DNA from: Oscillospiraceae bacterium
GTDB lineage: Bacteria > Bacillota > Clostridia > Oscillospirales > JAAYXM01
Assembly: GCA_015067485.1 (NCBI GenBank)
Contig: SVMJ01000002.1
Span: 15,401 to 79,400 of the forward strand
Length of the DNA stretch: 64,000 nucleotides
Direction of reading: 5' to 3'
Positions within the stretch are counted from its first letter, which is position 1; each line of letters opens with the position of its first letter. The notes under the pieces are model-generated. The model made no database searches. It was not told the origin of the DNA and saw nothing but the letters and a program-made list of their open reading frames with translations. Of this stretch, positions 35,659 to 48,022 are shown piece by piece. Made by a program: the position numbers and the translations under genes.

Positions 35659-38124
35659 CTAAGCCTGCGGAGTATCCGTACTTTCTTCCGCTTCTTCCTT
35701 TTCGGTGGAAGCGACCGAGATGACATGGACATCTTCACTCAGGCGCATCAGGATAACACCCTTGGTAACACGACCGTAACGGCTGATACTGTCTGCCGCC
35801 ATACGGATGATGATGCCGTCGTCCGAGATCATCATCACGTCCACGCTGTCATCCACCATCTGGATCCCCGCGACTTTGCCGGTCTTATCGCTCAGGTTGT
35901 AGTTGGTGATACCCTTACCATAACGGTTCTGCAGGCGGTATTCTTCTACGGGAGTCCGTTTTCCGAAGCCGTTTTCGGTAACCGTGAGCAGATCCTTTCC
36001 TGCTTCCACAACTGCCGCGCCAACCACATAGTCGCCATCCGCCAGATCGATACCCGAAACACCTGCCGCGGTACGACCGGTGGAGCGGACATCGGTTTCC
36101 GCAAAGCGAATCGCCTTACCTTCGTGGGTTGCCAGCATGATCTCCTGCTCGCCGTCGGTGAGCATAACTTTGATGAGTTCGTCGTCATCGTTGATGGTGA
36201 GCGCACGGATACCACTCTTGCGTGCGGTGTCGAGCTTGTCAAGATCGATTCTCTTAACAGTACCTCCGCGGGTCGCCATCACGAGATATTTCCCTTCTTC
36301 AAACTGCTGGATCGGGATCATCGCCGCGATCTTTTCTTCGGGTTCGAGCGGGAGCAGATTGATGATGTTCATGCCGCGTGCGGTACGCGATGCTTCCGGA
36401 ATCTGGAAGCCACGGACGCGGTACATCTGACCACGGTTGGAGAAGAACAGAATGGTGTCGTGCGAAGATGCGATAAACAGCGTTTCCACAAAGTCTTCTT
36501 CACGGGTACTCATACCGGAAATGCCCTTACCGCCGCGGTTTTGCGCGTGGTAGGTCGCACTCGGGAGACGCTTGATGTAGCCAAAGTGCGTCATCGTGTA
36601 AGCACATTCTTCCACCGGGATCAAATCTTCAATATCGATTTCATCATCCACCGGGACGATTTCGGTACGGCGTTCATCCCCGTACTTGCGCTTGATTTCA
36701 AGCAGTTCGTCCTTGATGATCTGATAAACCAATGTTTCGGATTCCAAAATTTCGTTATAGTACTTGATTTTTGCCTGCAAATCATCGTATTCCGCATCGA
36801 TTTTTTCGCGTTCCAACCCTTGCAAACGGGCAAGACGCATATCCAGGATCGCCTGCGCCTGCAGTTCGCTGAGCGAGAACGCTTCCATGAGCTTTCCGCG
36901 TGCATCGTCATACGAACTGCGGATGATGCGGATGATTTCGTCGATATGGTCGAGTGCGATGCGAAGCCCTTCCAGAATATGAGCGCGTGCCATCGCCTTT
37001 TTCAGATCAAAACGGGTGCGGCGACGGATAACATCCTGCTGGAAGGAGATATACTGATCCAAAATCTCACGCAAAGACAGGGTTTTCGGCTTATTATCCA
37101 CCAAAGCAAGGTTGATGATGGAGAATGTGGTCTGCATCTGGGTATATTTGAAGAGCATATTGAGCACGACTTGCGGATTTGCATCACGCTTGAGTTCAAT
37201 GACCATACGCATACCCGAGCGGTCGGACTCATCACGCAGATCCGAGATGCCTTCAATGCGTTTATCCTTGACCAGATCTGCAATGCTCTCGATCAAACGT
37301 GCTTTGTTGACCTGATACGGCAGTTCTGTAACCACGATACGGAAGCGGTTACCATTGTGTTCTTCGATCTCGGTGCGTGCGCGCACTTTGATTCGACCGC
37401 GACCCGTTGCGTACGCCGCACGGATGCCCACTTTTCCCATCACGATACCTGCGGTCGGGAAGTCCGGACCCTTGATGTGTTCCATCAAATCATTGAGATC
37501 ACATTCGGGGTTATCAATCACCTCCACGATCGCATCGATGACTTCAGAAAGGTTATGCGGCGGGATGTTGGTGGTCATACCGACCGCGATACCGGAAGAC
37601 CCGTTTACCAAAAGACTGGGGATACGGGACGGGAGCACTTCCGGTTCTTTGAGTTTGTCGTCGTAGTTCGGCAGGAAATTGACGGTTTCCTTTTCAATAT
37701 CCGCAAGCATTTCGCCTGCGAGTTTGGACATTCTTGCCTCGGTGTAACGGTATGCAGCCGCCGGATCTCCGTCGACCGAACCGAAGTTCCCCTGCCCGTC
37801 GATCATGGGATAACGTAAGGAAAAGTGCTGTGCCATACGTACCATTGCATCGTAAACGGATGCATCCCCGTGCGGATGGTATCGACCGAGCACCGCACCG
37901 ACGGTGGTCGCACTCTTACGGTACGGCTTTTCCGCGGTGAGGTTGTCTTCGTACATCGTATACAGGATGCGGCGGTGAACAGGTTTTAAGCCGTCTCGCA
38001 CGTCGGGAAGCGCACGACCCACGATAACCGACATCGCATAGTCGATATACGCTTTCTCCATCTCCTTTTTCAGGTCGACATCCAGTATTTTTTCTATTTC
38101 CAAGTGGGTGTATTCTGTACTCAT
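35659..38124 (-). CDS. gyrA: DNA gyrase subunit A
   Basis: [31 protein letters not shown]...[15 protein letters not shown] (QRDR region), with a C-terminal beta-pinwheel and an acidic tail. Confidence 0.97.
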   Translation of the reverse strand: MSTEYTHLEIEKILDVDLKKEMEKAYIDYAMSVIVGRALPDVRDGLKPVHRRILYTMYEDNLTAEKPYRKSATTVGAVLGRYHPHGDASVYDAMVRMAQHFSLRYPMIDGQGNFGSVDGDPAAAYRYTEARMSKLAGEMLADIEKETVNFLPNYDDKLKEPEVLPSRIPSLLVNGSSGIAVGMTTNIPPHNLSEVIDAIVEVIDNPECDLNDLMEHIKGPDFPTAGIVMGKVGIRAAYATGRGRIKVRARTEIEEHNGNRFRIVVTELPYQVNKARLIESIADLVKDKRIEGISDLRDESDRSGMRMVIELKRDANPQVVLNMLFKYTQMQTTFSIINLALVDNKPKTLSLREILDQYISFQQDVIRRRTRFDLKKAMARAHILEGLRIALDHIDEIIRIIRSSYDDARGKLMEAFSLSELQAQAILDMRLARLQGLEREKIDAEYDDLQAKIKYYNEILESETLVYQIIKDELLEIKRKYGDERRTEIVPVDDEIDIEDLIPVEECAYTMTHFGYIKRLPSATYHAQNRGGKGISGMSTREEDFVETLFIASSHDTILFFSNRGQMYRVRGFQIPEASRTARGMNIINLLPLEPEEKIAAMIPIQQFEEGKYLVMATRGGTVKRIDLDKLDTARKSGIRALTINDDDELIKVMLTDGEQEIMLATHEGKAIRFAETDVRSTGRTAAGVSGIDLADGDYVVGAAVVEAGKDLLTVTENGFGKRTPVEEYRLQNRYGKGITNYNLSDKTGKVAGIQMVDDSVDVMMISDDGIIIRMAADSISRYGRVTKGVILMRLSEDVHVISVASTEKEEAEESTDTPQA

Positions 38125-38148
38125 AATACCGAAACCTCTTCTTTCTGA

Positions 38149-40324
<2,176 letters not shown>

Positions 40325-40334
40325 AAAAACACCT

Positions 40335-41432
40335 CTATTCGGATAAAATTCCTTGTTTCATGGTAAAAATCTTCCCGGAACGGGAAAGTTTCTCGGCGGA
40401 TGGATCGCAACTCGTGATAAACACCTGTCCATTTGTGATTTGGTTGAGTACGAAATCTTGGCGTTTGCTGTCGAGTTCACTCAGCACGTCATCCAAGAGC
40501 AGAATGGGATATTCCCCCATCGCCTCGAAAAACAGATTTCGTTCGGCAAGTTTGAGTGCCAAAACCGCGGTTCGGGTTTGTCCTTGCGATGCAAACTGCC
40601 GCACCGAACTTCCGTTGATGAGACAGTCCAGATCATCACGGTGCGGACCGACAAGACAAATGCGACTGTCGATTTCCACAATTTTACGTTCGCAAAAATG
40701 CCGATAAATCGCTTCACTCACCGCTTTTTCATCACCAATCAAAGGTTCTGCATAACGGTCAGTCTGATAAACCGCGGTGAAATCTTCTTTTGTTTGCGAC
40801 ATTTCACCATGGATGGTTTTTGCGTGCGTTGCAAGATTTTCCAAAAATGCGGCGCGGTAAGAGATAACGCTCGCACCAAGAACCGCCAATCGCTCATTGT
40901 AAACATCAAGCAACATATCGGGAATTTCCGCTTGTTTTAGCAGTTTGTTTTTCTCATCCAAAACTTTTTGGTACTGCGAAAGCACTTGTAAGTACTTGGG
41001 TTTTAACTGAGAAAGTGCGATGTTCACAAACCGTCTGCGTGCGCTCGGACCGCTACGCATCAAATTCAAGTCCGAAGGCGAGAACAGTACAGTTTGCACC
41101 AGTCCTACGTAATCCAATAACTTGTTTTGCTTGATAGAGTTTACAAAAATCTGCCGTTTTTTGGTGGCGGAAAGATTGATTCTGATTTCAAAATCCCGTC
41201 TGTGTGAGAGAATATTCGCCAAAATCATCGCATCGGATTCACAAAACTTCACCAGTTCCGCTTCTTTTTTCGCGTGGAGAGACTTTACGCAAGAGAGAAA
41301 GAAAACCGATTCTAAAAGATTGGTTTTTCCCTGCGCATTGTCCCCGAAAATCACGTTGACTTTCGGATCAGCACGCATCGAAAGGGATGAAATGTTGCGA
41401 AAATTCTGTAATTTTAATTGACTAAGTACCAT
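40335..41432 (-). CDS. recF: DNA replication/repair protein RecF
   Basis: LKLQNFRNISSLSM..NVIFGDNAQGKTNLLE (Walker A)...FASQGQTRTAVLALKLAE...ILLLDDVLSELD. Confidence 0.93.
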   Translation of the reverse strand: MVLSQLKLQNFRNISSLSMRADPKVNVIFGDNAQGKTNLLESVFFLSCVKSLHAKKEAELVKFCESDAMILANILSHRRDFEIRINLSATKKRQIFVNSIKQNKLLDYVGLVQTVLFSPSDLNLMRSGPSARRRFVNIALSQLKPKYLQVLSQYQKVLDEKNKLLKQAEIPDMLLDVYNERLAVLGASVISYRAAFLENLATHAKTIHGEMSQTKEDFTAVYQTDRYAEPLIGDEKAVSEAIYRHFCERKIVEIDSRICLVGPHRDDLDCLINGSSVRQFASQGQTRTAVLALKLAERNLFFEAMGEYPILLLDDVLSELDSKRQDFVLNQITNGQVFITSCDPSAEKLSRSGKIFTMKQGILSE

Positions 41433-42545
41433 TTATTCGTCTGCTTTCAAGCGAACCGGCAAAATCAAATACAAATAGCGGTCTCCCTCTGTCGGTTTCA
41501 TCACGATCGGGGAAAGATGGGTATTGAGTTCAAGTTTTACTTCCGCATCCGGACACGCTTTCAGCGCATCGATGAGATAGCGGTTATTAAATCCGATCTC
41601 GAGTTTTTCACAGGGAGAGATTAGATTACAATCGTCCTGCGATTTTCCAAGCGGAGTGGTACAGCAAAGATGAATTTTGTTGTCTTCAAATTGCAGCCGT
41701 ACCGGGTTTTTGATGCGTTCGTTGATGAGAATGGAAACGCGCTCGAGCGAAGTAATGAATTCTTTGGTCATGACCGATGTGGTAAACACATTGGTCTTCG
41801 GAATCGCGTTTTTGTAATTTAAGAATTCGCCTTCCAAAATACGGGCGATGATGGTGGTCTGTCCGATAGAGAAGGTAATATGCTTTCTGCCGAGTGTGAT
41901 TTCAACCGGATCATCTGTGTCATCTATCAGTTTTTCCACTTCTCTGAGAGTATGTCCCGGGACAACAAACGAGAACGGTTCGGAAGAAGTGAGATTTTCA
42001 AAATGTTCGGTACGGATGGCAAGGCGGAAACCGTCAACCGACACCACATTGAGCTGATTTTGTTCCACTTCGAAGAGAGATCCTGTATGGATGGGTTTGT
42101 TGTCATTGGTACTGATTGCAAAAATGGTTTGGTTGATCATGGATTTGAGTGCAGACTGCGGAAGTGCAAGGGTTTGTTCGGTCTCAAACTCGGGGAGACT
42201 CGGATATTCTTCCGCAGAGAAACCAACGATTTCATAGCGTGCGTTGCCGCAAGTGAGTAAAACCGTCTGTGTTTCGGTTACGGTAACGGTTACCACATCA
42301 TCCGGGAACAGACGAATGATATCACTGAGCAGTTTTGCCGAGATGACGATTTTGCCCGGAGTGATGATATTTGCATCGATGGTGGTACGAATCCCGGTTT
42401 CCAAGTTATAGCCGGTTATGGTGAGCCCGTTTTTTGCTTCCAGCAGAAGGCCTTCGAGTGCCTGAATGGAACTTTTGGAAGAGACAGCCCAGCTGGTGGT
42501 GCTGATTGCCGCTGCAAGCAGGGCGCGTTCACAAGTAAATTTCAT
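41433..42545 (-). CDS. dnaN: DNA polymerase III beta sliding clamp
   Basis: MKFTCERALLAAAISTTSWAVSSKSSIQALEGLLLEA... 370 aa from the ATG at 42545. The track ORF (to 42752) is a read-through of the oriC spacer. Confidence 0.93.
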   Translation of the reverse strand: MKFTCERALLAAAISTTSWAVSSKSSIQALEGLLLEAKNGLTITGYNLETGIRTTIDANIITPGKIVISAKLLSDIIRLFPDDVVTVTVTETQTVLLTCGNARYEIVGFSAEEYPSLPEFETEQTLALPQSALKSMINQTIFAISTNDNKPIHTGSLFEVEQNQLNVVSVDGFRLAIRTEHFENLTSSEPFSFVVPGHTLREVEKLIDDTDDPVEITLGRKHITFSIGQTTIIARILEGEFLNYKNAIPKTNVFTTSVMTKEFITSLERVSILINERIKNPVRLQFEDNKIHLCCTTPLGKSQDDCNLISPCEKLEIGFNNRYLIDALKACPDAEVKLELNTHLSPIVMKPTEGDRYLYLILPVRLKADE

Positions 42546-42767
42546 AAGCCAAACCCTTTCTGACTGATAGTAAATAAAAATAATAAAATATTTTGTAGTA
42601 GTTGTAGTACTGTGGAAATTATGGAAATCTTCTCTTTTCCTTATGCTTCTAAGAGATGCAAGTCCACAGTCTTTTGTTGACACACAAAACTTGTTTCCAC
42701 AGGTTTTTTCTACACTTATTTTTCCACAATGTGCTCCATGTGGATTCCACAACGCTTCTGTGGAAAA
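42546..42767. other. oriC (dnaA-dnaN spacer: AT-rich DUE, DnaA-trio-like repeats, DnaA-box cluster)
   Basis: AT-rich tract at 42568-42595. TAG TAG TTG TAG TAC at 42596-42610 abuts box TGTGGAAAT (42611-42619). Six further (T)CCACA-core 9-mers lie at 42660, 42693, 42720, 42739 (reverse), 42743 and 42759 (reverse). Confidence 0.75.
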
Positions 42768-44063
42768 CTACATTTCCAAAATGTTTTTACGGATGTCTTT
42801 GATCTCGTTTCGCAGTTCTTCGTTTACGCGAATTTCGTCTTCAATTTTATTGACCGAATGCATGACGGTAGAGTGGTCTCGGTTAAAATACCGCCCGATT
42901 TCAGGGAAGGAAGATTGGATGAGTTCGCGGATGAGATACATCGAGATCTGACGCGGGAGTGCCACTTCTTTGGATTTGTTCTTTCCTACAATCGTGGGTT
43001 CTTCCACCTGAAAGTATTTTGCCACTTCGCGTACAATAATCTCAGGCGTGGGATTGAGCCCCGGATGTTCGTGGAACATATCTTTGATGGCACGCTCCAC
43101 AATGTCCTGGCTGATGTCATTGCCCAAGAGATTGCTGTACGCGTGGATTTTTTTGATGGTACCTTCGATCTGACGGACGTTGGAAGTTACGTTATTTGCG
43201 ATGATTTCGCGTTGTGCTTCGGAGAGATCCAGCCCTAAACGCTTACATTTGAGCGAAATGATTGCCATACGGGTTTCGTAGTTTGGAGGCTGAATGTCCG
43301 CCATCAGACCCCATTCAAAACGGGTTCTGAGTCGCTCTTCCAAATTCACCATTTCCTTGGGCAGGCGGTCGGATGTCAGAACAATCTGTTTTTTGCTTTC
43401 ATAGAGCGCATTGAACGTATGGAAAAATTCTTCCTGCGTTTGCGCTTTGCCCGCAATAAATTGAATATCGTCGATCAGAAGCAAATCCGCCTCGCGGTAT
43501 TTTTCACGGAATTCATCGCCTTTGTTGGCTTGGATGCTCTCGATGAATTCGCTGGTGAAGTCGCCGCCCTTGACATAGTTAATTTTCGCGTTCGGGTTGT
43601 TCTTTTTCACCGTGATTGCAATCGCATTGAGCAGATGGGTCTTCCCCAACCCGCTGCCGCCGTAAATAAAGAGCGGATTGTACGATGCTCCCGGTGCCTG
43701 TGCGACCGCTTTTGCCGCGGCGTAGGCAAGGTCGTTTGATTTACCCACGATGAACCGTTCAAACGAGAGTTCTTCCGAGAACTGGGAAATCTCTTGCTGG
43801 ACTTCCGAATTTTCCTGTGCGGTGATGACAAGGTCGATATCGGATGAAAACAAGAGTTTGAGCGCTTCTTTGATGCGCCCGGTATACTGTTGCTCCACCG
43901 TAGACCGCTTAAACGGGATTTCGATGAAAAGTGTCAGTGAGTTATCCGAAAAAGAAAGCGCTTTTGTATCGTCAAACCAGGTATTGATGGTTGTTTTGGA
44001 AAGACCGAGTTCACGCTCCATAATTTCAAGCGTTTTTGCCCAGATCTCCTGTGCATATTGCAT
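42768..44063 (-). CDS. dnaA: Chromosomal replication initiator DnaA
   Basis: [15 protein letters not shown]...[17 protein letters not shown] (Walker A)...LLIDDIQF...RTRFEWGL...C-terminal DNA-binding HTH (DHSTVMHS). ATG at 44063 lies 7 nt after GGGGGA. Confidence 0.95.
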   Translation of the reverse strand: MQYAQEIWAKTLEIMERELGLSKTTINTWFDDTKALSFSDNSLTLFIEIPFKRSTVEQQYTGRIKEALKLLFSSDIDLVITAQENSEVQQEISQFSEELSFERFIVGKSNDLAYAAAKAVAQAPGASYNPLFIYGGSGLGKTHLLNAIAITVKKNNPNAKINYVKGGDFTSEFIESIQANKGDEFREKYREADLLLIDDIQFIAGKAQTQEEFFHTFNALYESKKQIVLTSDRLPKEMVNLEERLRTRFEWGLMADIQPPNYETRMAIISLKCKRLGLDLSEAQREIIANNVTSNVRQIEGTIKKIHAYSNLLGNDISQDIVERAIKDMFHEHPGLNPTPEIIVREVAKYFQVEEPTIVGKNKSKEVALPRQISMYLIRELIQSSFPEIGRYFNRDHSTVMHSVNKIEDEIRVNEELRNEIKDIRKNILEM

Positions 44064-44103
44064 TCGTATATCCCCCAAAAATTCGTTACTGATACGTAAA
44101 TCC

Positions 44104-44132
44104 ATTATAGCAGATTTCGAATCAAAATTCAA
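44104..44132 (-). promoter_or_regulatory. Candidate dnaA promoter
   Basis: On the minus strand: TTGAAT, 17-nt spacer, TATAAT, about 40 nt upstream of the dnaA ATG. Confidence 0.45.
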
Positions 44133-44196
44133 CATCTTACATTATAAAAAAGAAAATAAAAAATTCCTTTGTTTTTGAAAAAATATACAAAGATAC

Positions 44197-44226
44197 TTGA
44201 CAGATTCAAAAAGGTTAAGATATAAT
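44197..44226 (+). promoter_or_regulatory. Candidate rpmH promoter
   Basis: TTGACA (44197-44202), 18-nt spacer, TATAAT (44221-44226). Confidence 0.6.
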
Positions 44227-44331
44227 ATGCGATGAACCCGTATCCGGCGGTATTACCAGCGACAGGAGTCTGAGCCTGTTCGGGGTTCTGTCAGTGGTAA
44301 TGCTGCAAATAGAAATTTGGAGGTGTCACGA

Positions 44332-44466
44332 ATGCTTCGTACCTATCAGCCGAAAAAGCGTCATCGTGCGAAAGTCCACGGTTTCCGCGCGAGAATGCAG
44401 ACCAAAAACGGCAAGAAAGTTCTTGCAAGAAGACGTGCAAAAGGCAGAGCGAGATTGACGCACTAA
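44332..44466 (+). CDS. rpmH: 50S ribosomal protein L34
   Basis: Not in the ORF track (44 aa). Hand translation: [54 protein letters not shown]. Confidence 0.9.
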   Translation: MLRTYQPKKRHRAKVHGFRARMQTKNGKKVLARRRAKGRARLTH

Positions 44467-44590
44467 TCATACTTTTGCGTGAGACACAAGCGGTAAGTGG
44501 TAAGCGGTAGTGAGTGGTTTGAGGGTTCGCCCTTTTGCCATGCTTTGATACTGCTTATGGCTTACCTTTTTGTTTGTCAGGAGAAATTCC

Positions 44591-44938
44591 ATGATACACA
44601 CAGTCGCTATCAAAGAAAACTATGTGTTTCGCAGATTGTACCGCCAAGGGAAACATGCAGTGAGTCCACTCCTTGCGGTCTACTGTAAGAAAAACCGATT
44701 GGGCTGTAACCGTTTGGGGGTTACCGTCAGCACAAAAGTCGGAAACGCGGTTACCCGAAACCTTGTCCGCCGTCGGATCAAAGAAGCTTACCGCATCCAC
44801 GAGAGCGAGTTTCGTCTCCCTTATGATGTGGTGATCGTTTCCCGTGTCCGTTGTGCGGGAGCGTCGTTTCAGGAGATCGAGCGTGCGCTTTTGGCGTTGT
44901 TTTCATCGTTACGGCTCATGGAAAATGGTGAAGAATGA
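44591..44938 (+). CDS. rnpA: Ribonuclease P protein component
   Basis: [15 protein letters not shown]...[27 protein letters not shown] (RNR motif). AGGAG RBS precedes the ATG at 44591. Confidence 0.9.
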   Translation: MIHTVAIKENYVFRRLYRQGKHAVSPLLAVYCKKNRLGCNRLGVTVSTKVGNAVTRNLVRRRIKEAYRIHESEFRLPYDVVIVSRVRCAGASFQEIERALLALFSSLRLMENGEE

Positions 44939-45147
44939 AACAAATTCTCATTCGGCTCATTCGTTTCTATCAAACAAATATCTCCCCGCGGAAAACACCG
45001 TGCTGTCGGTTCGTCCCGACCTGTTCGCAGTACGCGGTGGAAGCGCTGACCAAATACGGGGTCTTAAAGGGCGGATATTTATCGATCCGCCGGATTTTGC
45101 GCTGTCATCCGTTTTCGGGGAAATCCGGGTATGACCCGGTGGAATGA
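44935..45147 (+). CDS. yidD: Membrane protein insertion efficiency factor YidD
   Basis: [53 protein letters not shown]. Confidence 0.9.
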   Translation: MKQILIRLIRFYQTNISPRKTPCCRFVPTCSQYAVEALTKYGVLKGGYLSIRRILRCHPFSGKSGYDPVE

Positions 45148-45180
45148 GCCTCTCAAAAACTTTTAAGGAGAAACTACTGT

Positions 45181-46008
45181 ATGTTCAGTTTTATCGCTAA
45201 ACCGTTCGGTTGGGTTTTGGCACAGTTATATTCCCTCATCGGGTCCTACGGTGTCGCGCTCATTGTTTTTACCATTTTCGCAAAACTCATCTTGCTCCCC
45301 TTCCAGATCAAGAGCAAAAAAAGCACGGTTGCCATGCAGCGGATCCAACCGCGTCTCAAAGAACTCGAAAAGAAGTATAAGAACAACAAAGAGGCATATG
45401 CAACCGCAGTTCAGAAGCTTTACAAAGAAGAAAATGTCAGCATGGCAGGCGGGTGCTTGCCGCTACTCATTACCCTTCCGATCATGTTGGGTCTCTACGC
45501 GGTTGTCCGTCAGCCGCTTACTTACATGTTCGGCGTCAGCGCAGAAAATATTGCAAAGCTCGCAGAACTGGTAAACGTTACGGTTCAGGGCAATGTTTCC
45601 AACCACGAGATTCAGATCGCATCCCTGCTCAGCCAAAAGGCGGTCGAAGCACAGGCAATCGTTCCGAATCTCCCGATCGTAGACTTTTCGTTCCTTGGAA
45701 TCAACCTGGCGGCAGTCCCCTCTTTTGCGAGACTGGATGCGCTGTGGCTGATTCCGCTTCTCTCCGGGCTCACTTCGTATGCATATTCCTGGATGATGAA
45801 GAAAAAACAGCCGCAGATGAGCGGCGACCAGGCGGCAGGTATGAATGGCATGATGACCTACATGATGCCGCTCATGTCCGCATATATCGCTTTTATTGTT
45901 CCGGCAGGCTTGGGTCTCTACTGGATTTTCAACAACATTCTGATGTTCGCACAAGAGCCCCTGTTGGATCTTTATATCAAAAAGCAGGAAAAAGGAGGAA
46001 CCAAGTAG
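45181..46008 (+). CDS. yidC: Membrane protein insertase YidC/SpoIIIJ
   Basis: YGVALIVFTIFAKLILLPFQIKSKKST..MQRIQPRLKELEKKYKN...GCLPLLITLPI. Confidence 0.9.
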   Translation: MFSFIAKPFGWVLAQLYSLIGSYGVALIVFTIFAKLILLPFQIKSKKSTVAMQRIQPRLKELEKKYKNNKEAYATAVQKLYKEENVSMAGGCLPLLITLPIMLGLYAVVRQPLTYMFGVSAENIAKLAELVNVTVQGNVSNHEIQIASLLSQKAVEAQAIVPNLPIVDFSFLGINLAAVPSFARLDALWLIPLLSGLTSYAYSWMMKKKQPQMSGDQAAGMNGMMTYMMPLMSAYIAFIVPAGLGLYWIFNNILMFAQEPLLDLYIKKQEKGGTK

Positions 46009-46692
46009 ATGGCACAGTTTGAAGGATACGGCAAGACCATCGACGAAGCGGTCTCTAACGTCCTGGCAGAACAACTGCCCGGTGTGGACCGTGATCTGGT
46101 CTCTGTCGAAGTACTCGAAAATCCGAAATCCGGTTTCCTTGGAATCGGTTCGACTCAGGCAAAAGTCCGCGTTACCTACGATCTCCCGTGCGACAACTCG
46201 GCAGAAGGCTTTTTAAGCGGTCTTTTTGCGCAGATGGGGCTTACGGTATCGGTTGATATTACCGAGCAGGAAGACGGCTCTCTCGCAATCAATTTATCCG
46301 GCGAGAACATGGGTCTGCTCATCGGTCGCCGTGGCGAAACGTTGGATGCGATCCAGCACATCACCAATCTGGTGGTCAACCGCGGTGAAGGAAAGCACGT
46401 TCGTATTACCATGGATACCGAAAATTATCGCGCAAAGCGCGAAGAATCTTTGGTTCGCTTGGCAAAGAAGGTCTCTTCCCAGGTGGTCAAGTACAAACGC
46501 AACCGTACCTTGGAACCGATGAACGCATACGAACGTCATGTGATTCACACCGCTCTGCAGGAAGTGGAACACGTGAACACCTCTTCGGTCGGCACCGAGC
46601 CGAACCGCCGTGTGGTCATCTCCTACACCGGTCCGGATGCAGGAAGACACGGTGGCAGCTACCGCCGCGGCGGCTACGCTTCTCAGTACTAA
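46009..46692 (+). CDS. jag: Jag/KhpB RNA-binding protein (Jag-N, KH, R3H)
   Basis: GLLIGRRGETLDAIQHI (KH) and LEPMNAYERHVIHTAL (R3H). Position directly after yidC. Confidence 0.85.
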   Translation: MAQFEGYGKTIDEAVSNVLAEQLPGVDRDLVSVEVLENPKSGFLGIGSTQAKVRVTYDLPCDNSAEGFLSGLFAQMGLTVSVDITEQEDGSLAINLSGENMGLLIGRRGETLDAIQHITNLVVNRGEGKHVRITMDTENYRAKREESLVRLAKKVSSQVVKYKRNRTLEPMNAYERHVIHTALQEVEHVNTSSVGTEPNRRVVISYTGPDAGRHGGSYRRGGYASQY

Positions 46693-46700
46693 ACAAAATA

Positions 46701-46740
46701 AAAAAATCCCATCACCAATCGGTGATGGGATTTTTCTTTT
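46701..46740. terminator. Bidirectional terminator between jag and serS
   Basis: AAAAAATCCCATCACC-AATC-GGTGATGGGATTTTT. Confidence 0.75.
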
Positions 46741-46742
46741 AT

Positions 46743-48017
46743 TTATCGGATGACTTCCAAGCCCTTCATGTACGGGCGAAGTACGGTCGGGACGGTAATG
46801 CTTCCGTCTTCGTTCTGGTAGTTTTCCAAAATCGCGGCAACGGTACGGCCGATCGCGACACCTGAACCGTTTAAGGTGTGAACGAACTGGGTCTTCCCTG
46901 TTTCCGGATTCTTGTAGCGGATGTTTGCACGTCTTGCCTGGAAGTCTTCAAAGTTCGAGCAGGAAGAGATTTCAAGATAACGGTCGTAAGACGGCATCCA
47001 AACTTCAATGTCATAAGTCATTGCAGACGAGAAGCCAAGATCGCCCGCGCAGAGCTGAACCACACGGTACGGGAGTTCGAGTGCCTGAAGCACCGCTTCC
47101 GCATCATTGGTCAAACTTTCGAGTTCCCCATAGGAATCTTCCGGTTTTGCAAACTTGACCAATTCAACCTTGTTGAACTGATGCTGACGGATGAGTCCGC
47201 GTGTATCGCGTCCCGCACTTCCCGCTTCCGCACGGAAGCAAGCCGAGTATGCACAGTACTTGATGGTTTCGGAGAAGTTATCCAAAATGGAATCACGCAG
47301 CATATTGGTAACCGGGACTTCTGCGGTCGGGATCAGGAAATAATCCTCACGTCCGAGATGGAATGCATCTTCCTCAAACTTGGGCAGCTGACCGGTTCCG
47401 GTCATGGATGCGCGGTTGACCATAAACGGCGGGAATACTTCGGTATACCCCTTTTCCATGTGCGAATCCAAGTAGAAGTTGATGACCGCGCGCTCCAGGC
47501 GTGCGCCCGCTGCTTTGTAGAAATGGAAACGTGCGCCGGTAACCTTTGCGGCGGTTTCCGGGTCGAGAATATCCAGATTCTTGCCCAGGTCCCAATGAGC
47601 AAGCGGAGTGAAATCAAAGGTACGCGGAGTCCCCACCTTGCGGATCTCCTTGTTCTGATCGCTGTCCAACCCGTCCGGAATGGAGTCGTTCGGGCAGTTC
47701 GGCAGGCAAAGAATGGTCTGACTTAGTTCGGTTTCTACTTCACGCAGAGCCGGATCAAGTTCCTTGATCGCGTCTGCCAACTCTTTCATCTTTGCAAAGA
47801 TGGGAGAGGTGTCCTCCCCTGCCTTCTTCATTGCGGGAATTTGCTTGGAGACCGCGTTCTGTTCAGCTTTCATCGCTTCGGATTTCTGCAAAATCTCACG
47901 GCGACGGGAATCAAGTTCCAAAATACGGTCGATTTCTGCCGAATAATCTTTGTTACGGCGTGCAAGCGCCGCTTTCACCTTTTCAGGATTTTCTTTGATG
48001 ATTTTCAGGTCCAACAT
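46743..48017 (-). CDS. serS: Seryl-tRNA synthetase
   Basis: [21 protein letters not shown].. N-terminal coiled coil. Class II motifs [24 protein letters not shown] and [12 protein letters not shown]. Confidence 0.95.
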   Translation of the reverse strand: MLDLKIIKENPEKVKAALARRNKDYSAEIDRILELDSRRREILQKSEAMKAEQNAVSKQIPAMKKAGEDTSPIFAKMKELADAIKELDPALREVETELSQTILCLPNCPNDSIPDGLDSDQNKEIRKVGTPRTFDFTPLAHWDLGKNLDILDPETAAKVTGARFHFYKAAGARLERAVINFYLDSHMEKGYTEVFPPFMVNRASMTGTGQLPKFEEDAFHLGREDYFLIPTAEVPVTNMLRDSILDNFSETIKYCAYSACFRAEAGSAGRDTRGLIRQHQFNKVELVKFAKPEDSYGELESLTNDAEAVLQALELPYRVVQLCAGDLGFSSAMTYDIEVWMPSYDRYLEISSCSNFEDFQARRANIRYKNPETGKTQFVHTLNGSGVAIGRTVAAILENYQNEDGSITVPTVLRPYMKGLEVIR

Positions 48018-48022
48018 ATTGG

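Noticed and set aside
35347-37818. 823-aa ORF on the plus strand
   Set aside because: It lies entirely antisense to gyrA, whose product is unmistakable. The translation is low-complexity (R/H/D/F-rich) with no recognisable motifs or RBS. It is a typical stop-free antisense frame of a GC-rich, codon-biased gene.
42546-42752. N-terminal 69-aa extension of the dnaN ORF
   Set aside because: It reads through the DnaA-box/AT-rich origin spacer. The clamp sequence starts at MKFTCERALL (ATG 42545).
44500-44545. tRNA-like fragment in the rpmH-rnpA spacer (shares the 11-mer TTGAGGGTTCG with the T-arm of tRNA-Arg at 22299-22309)
   Set aside because: No acceptor, D or anticodon arms can be drawn around it. 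The local fold is a simple UUCG-capped hairpin. The similarity is probably fortuitous.
48018-48022. T-box or other leader upstream of serS
   Set aside because: Only 5 nt separate serS from the preceding ORF. There is no room for a leader.
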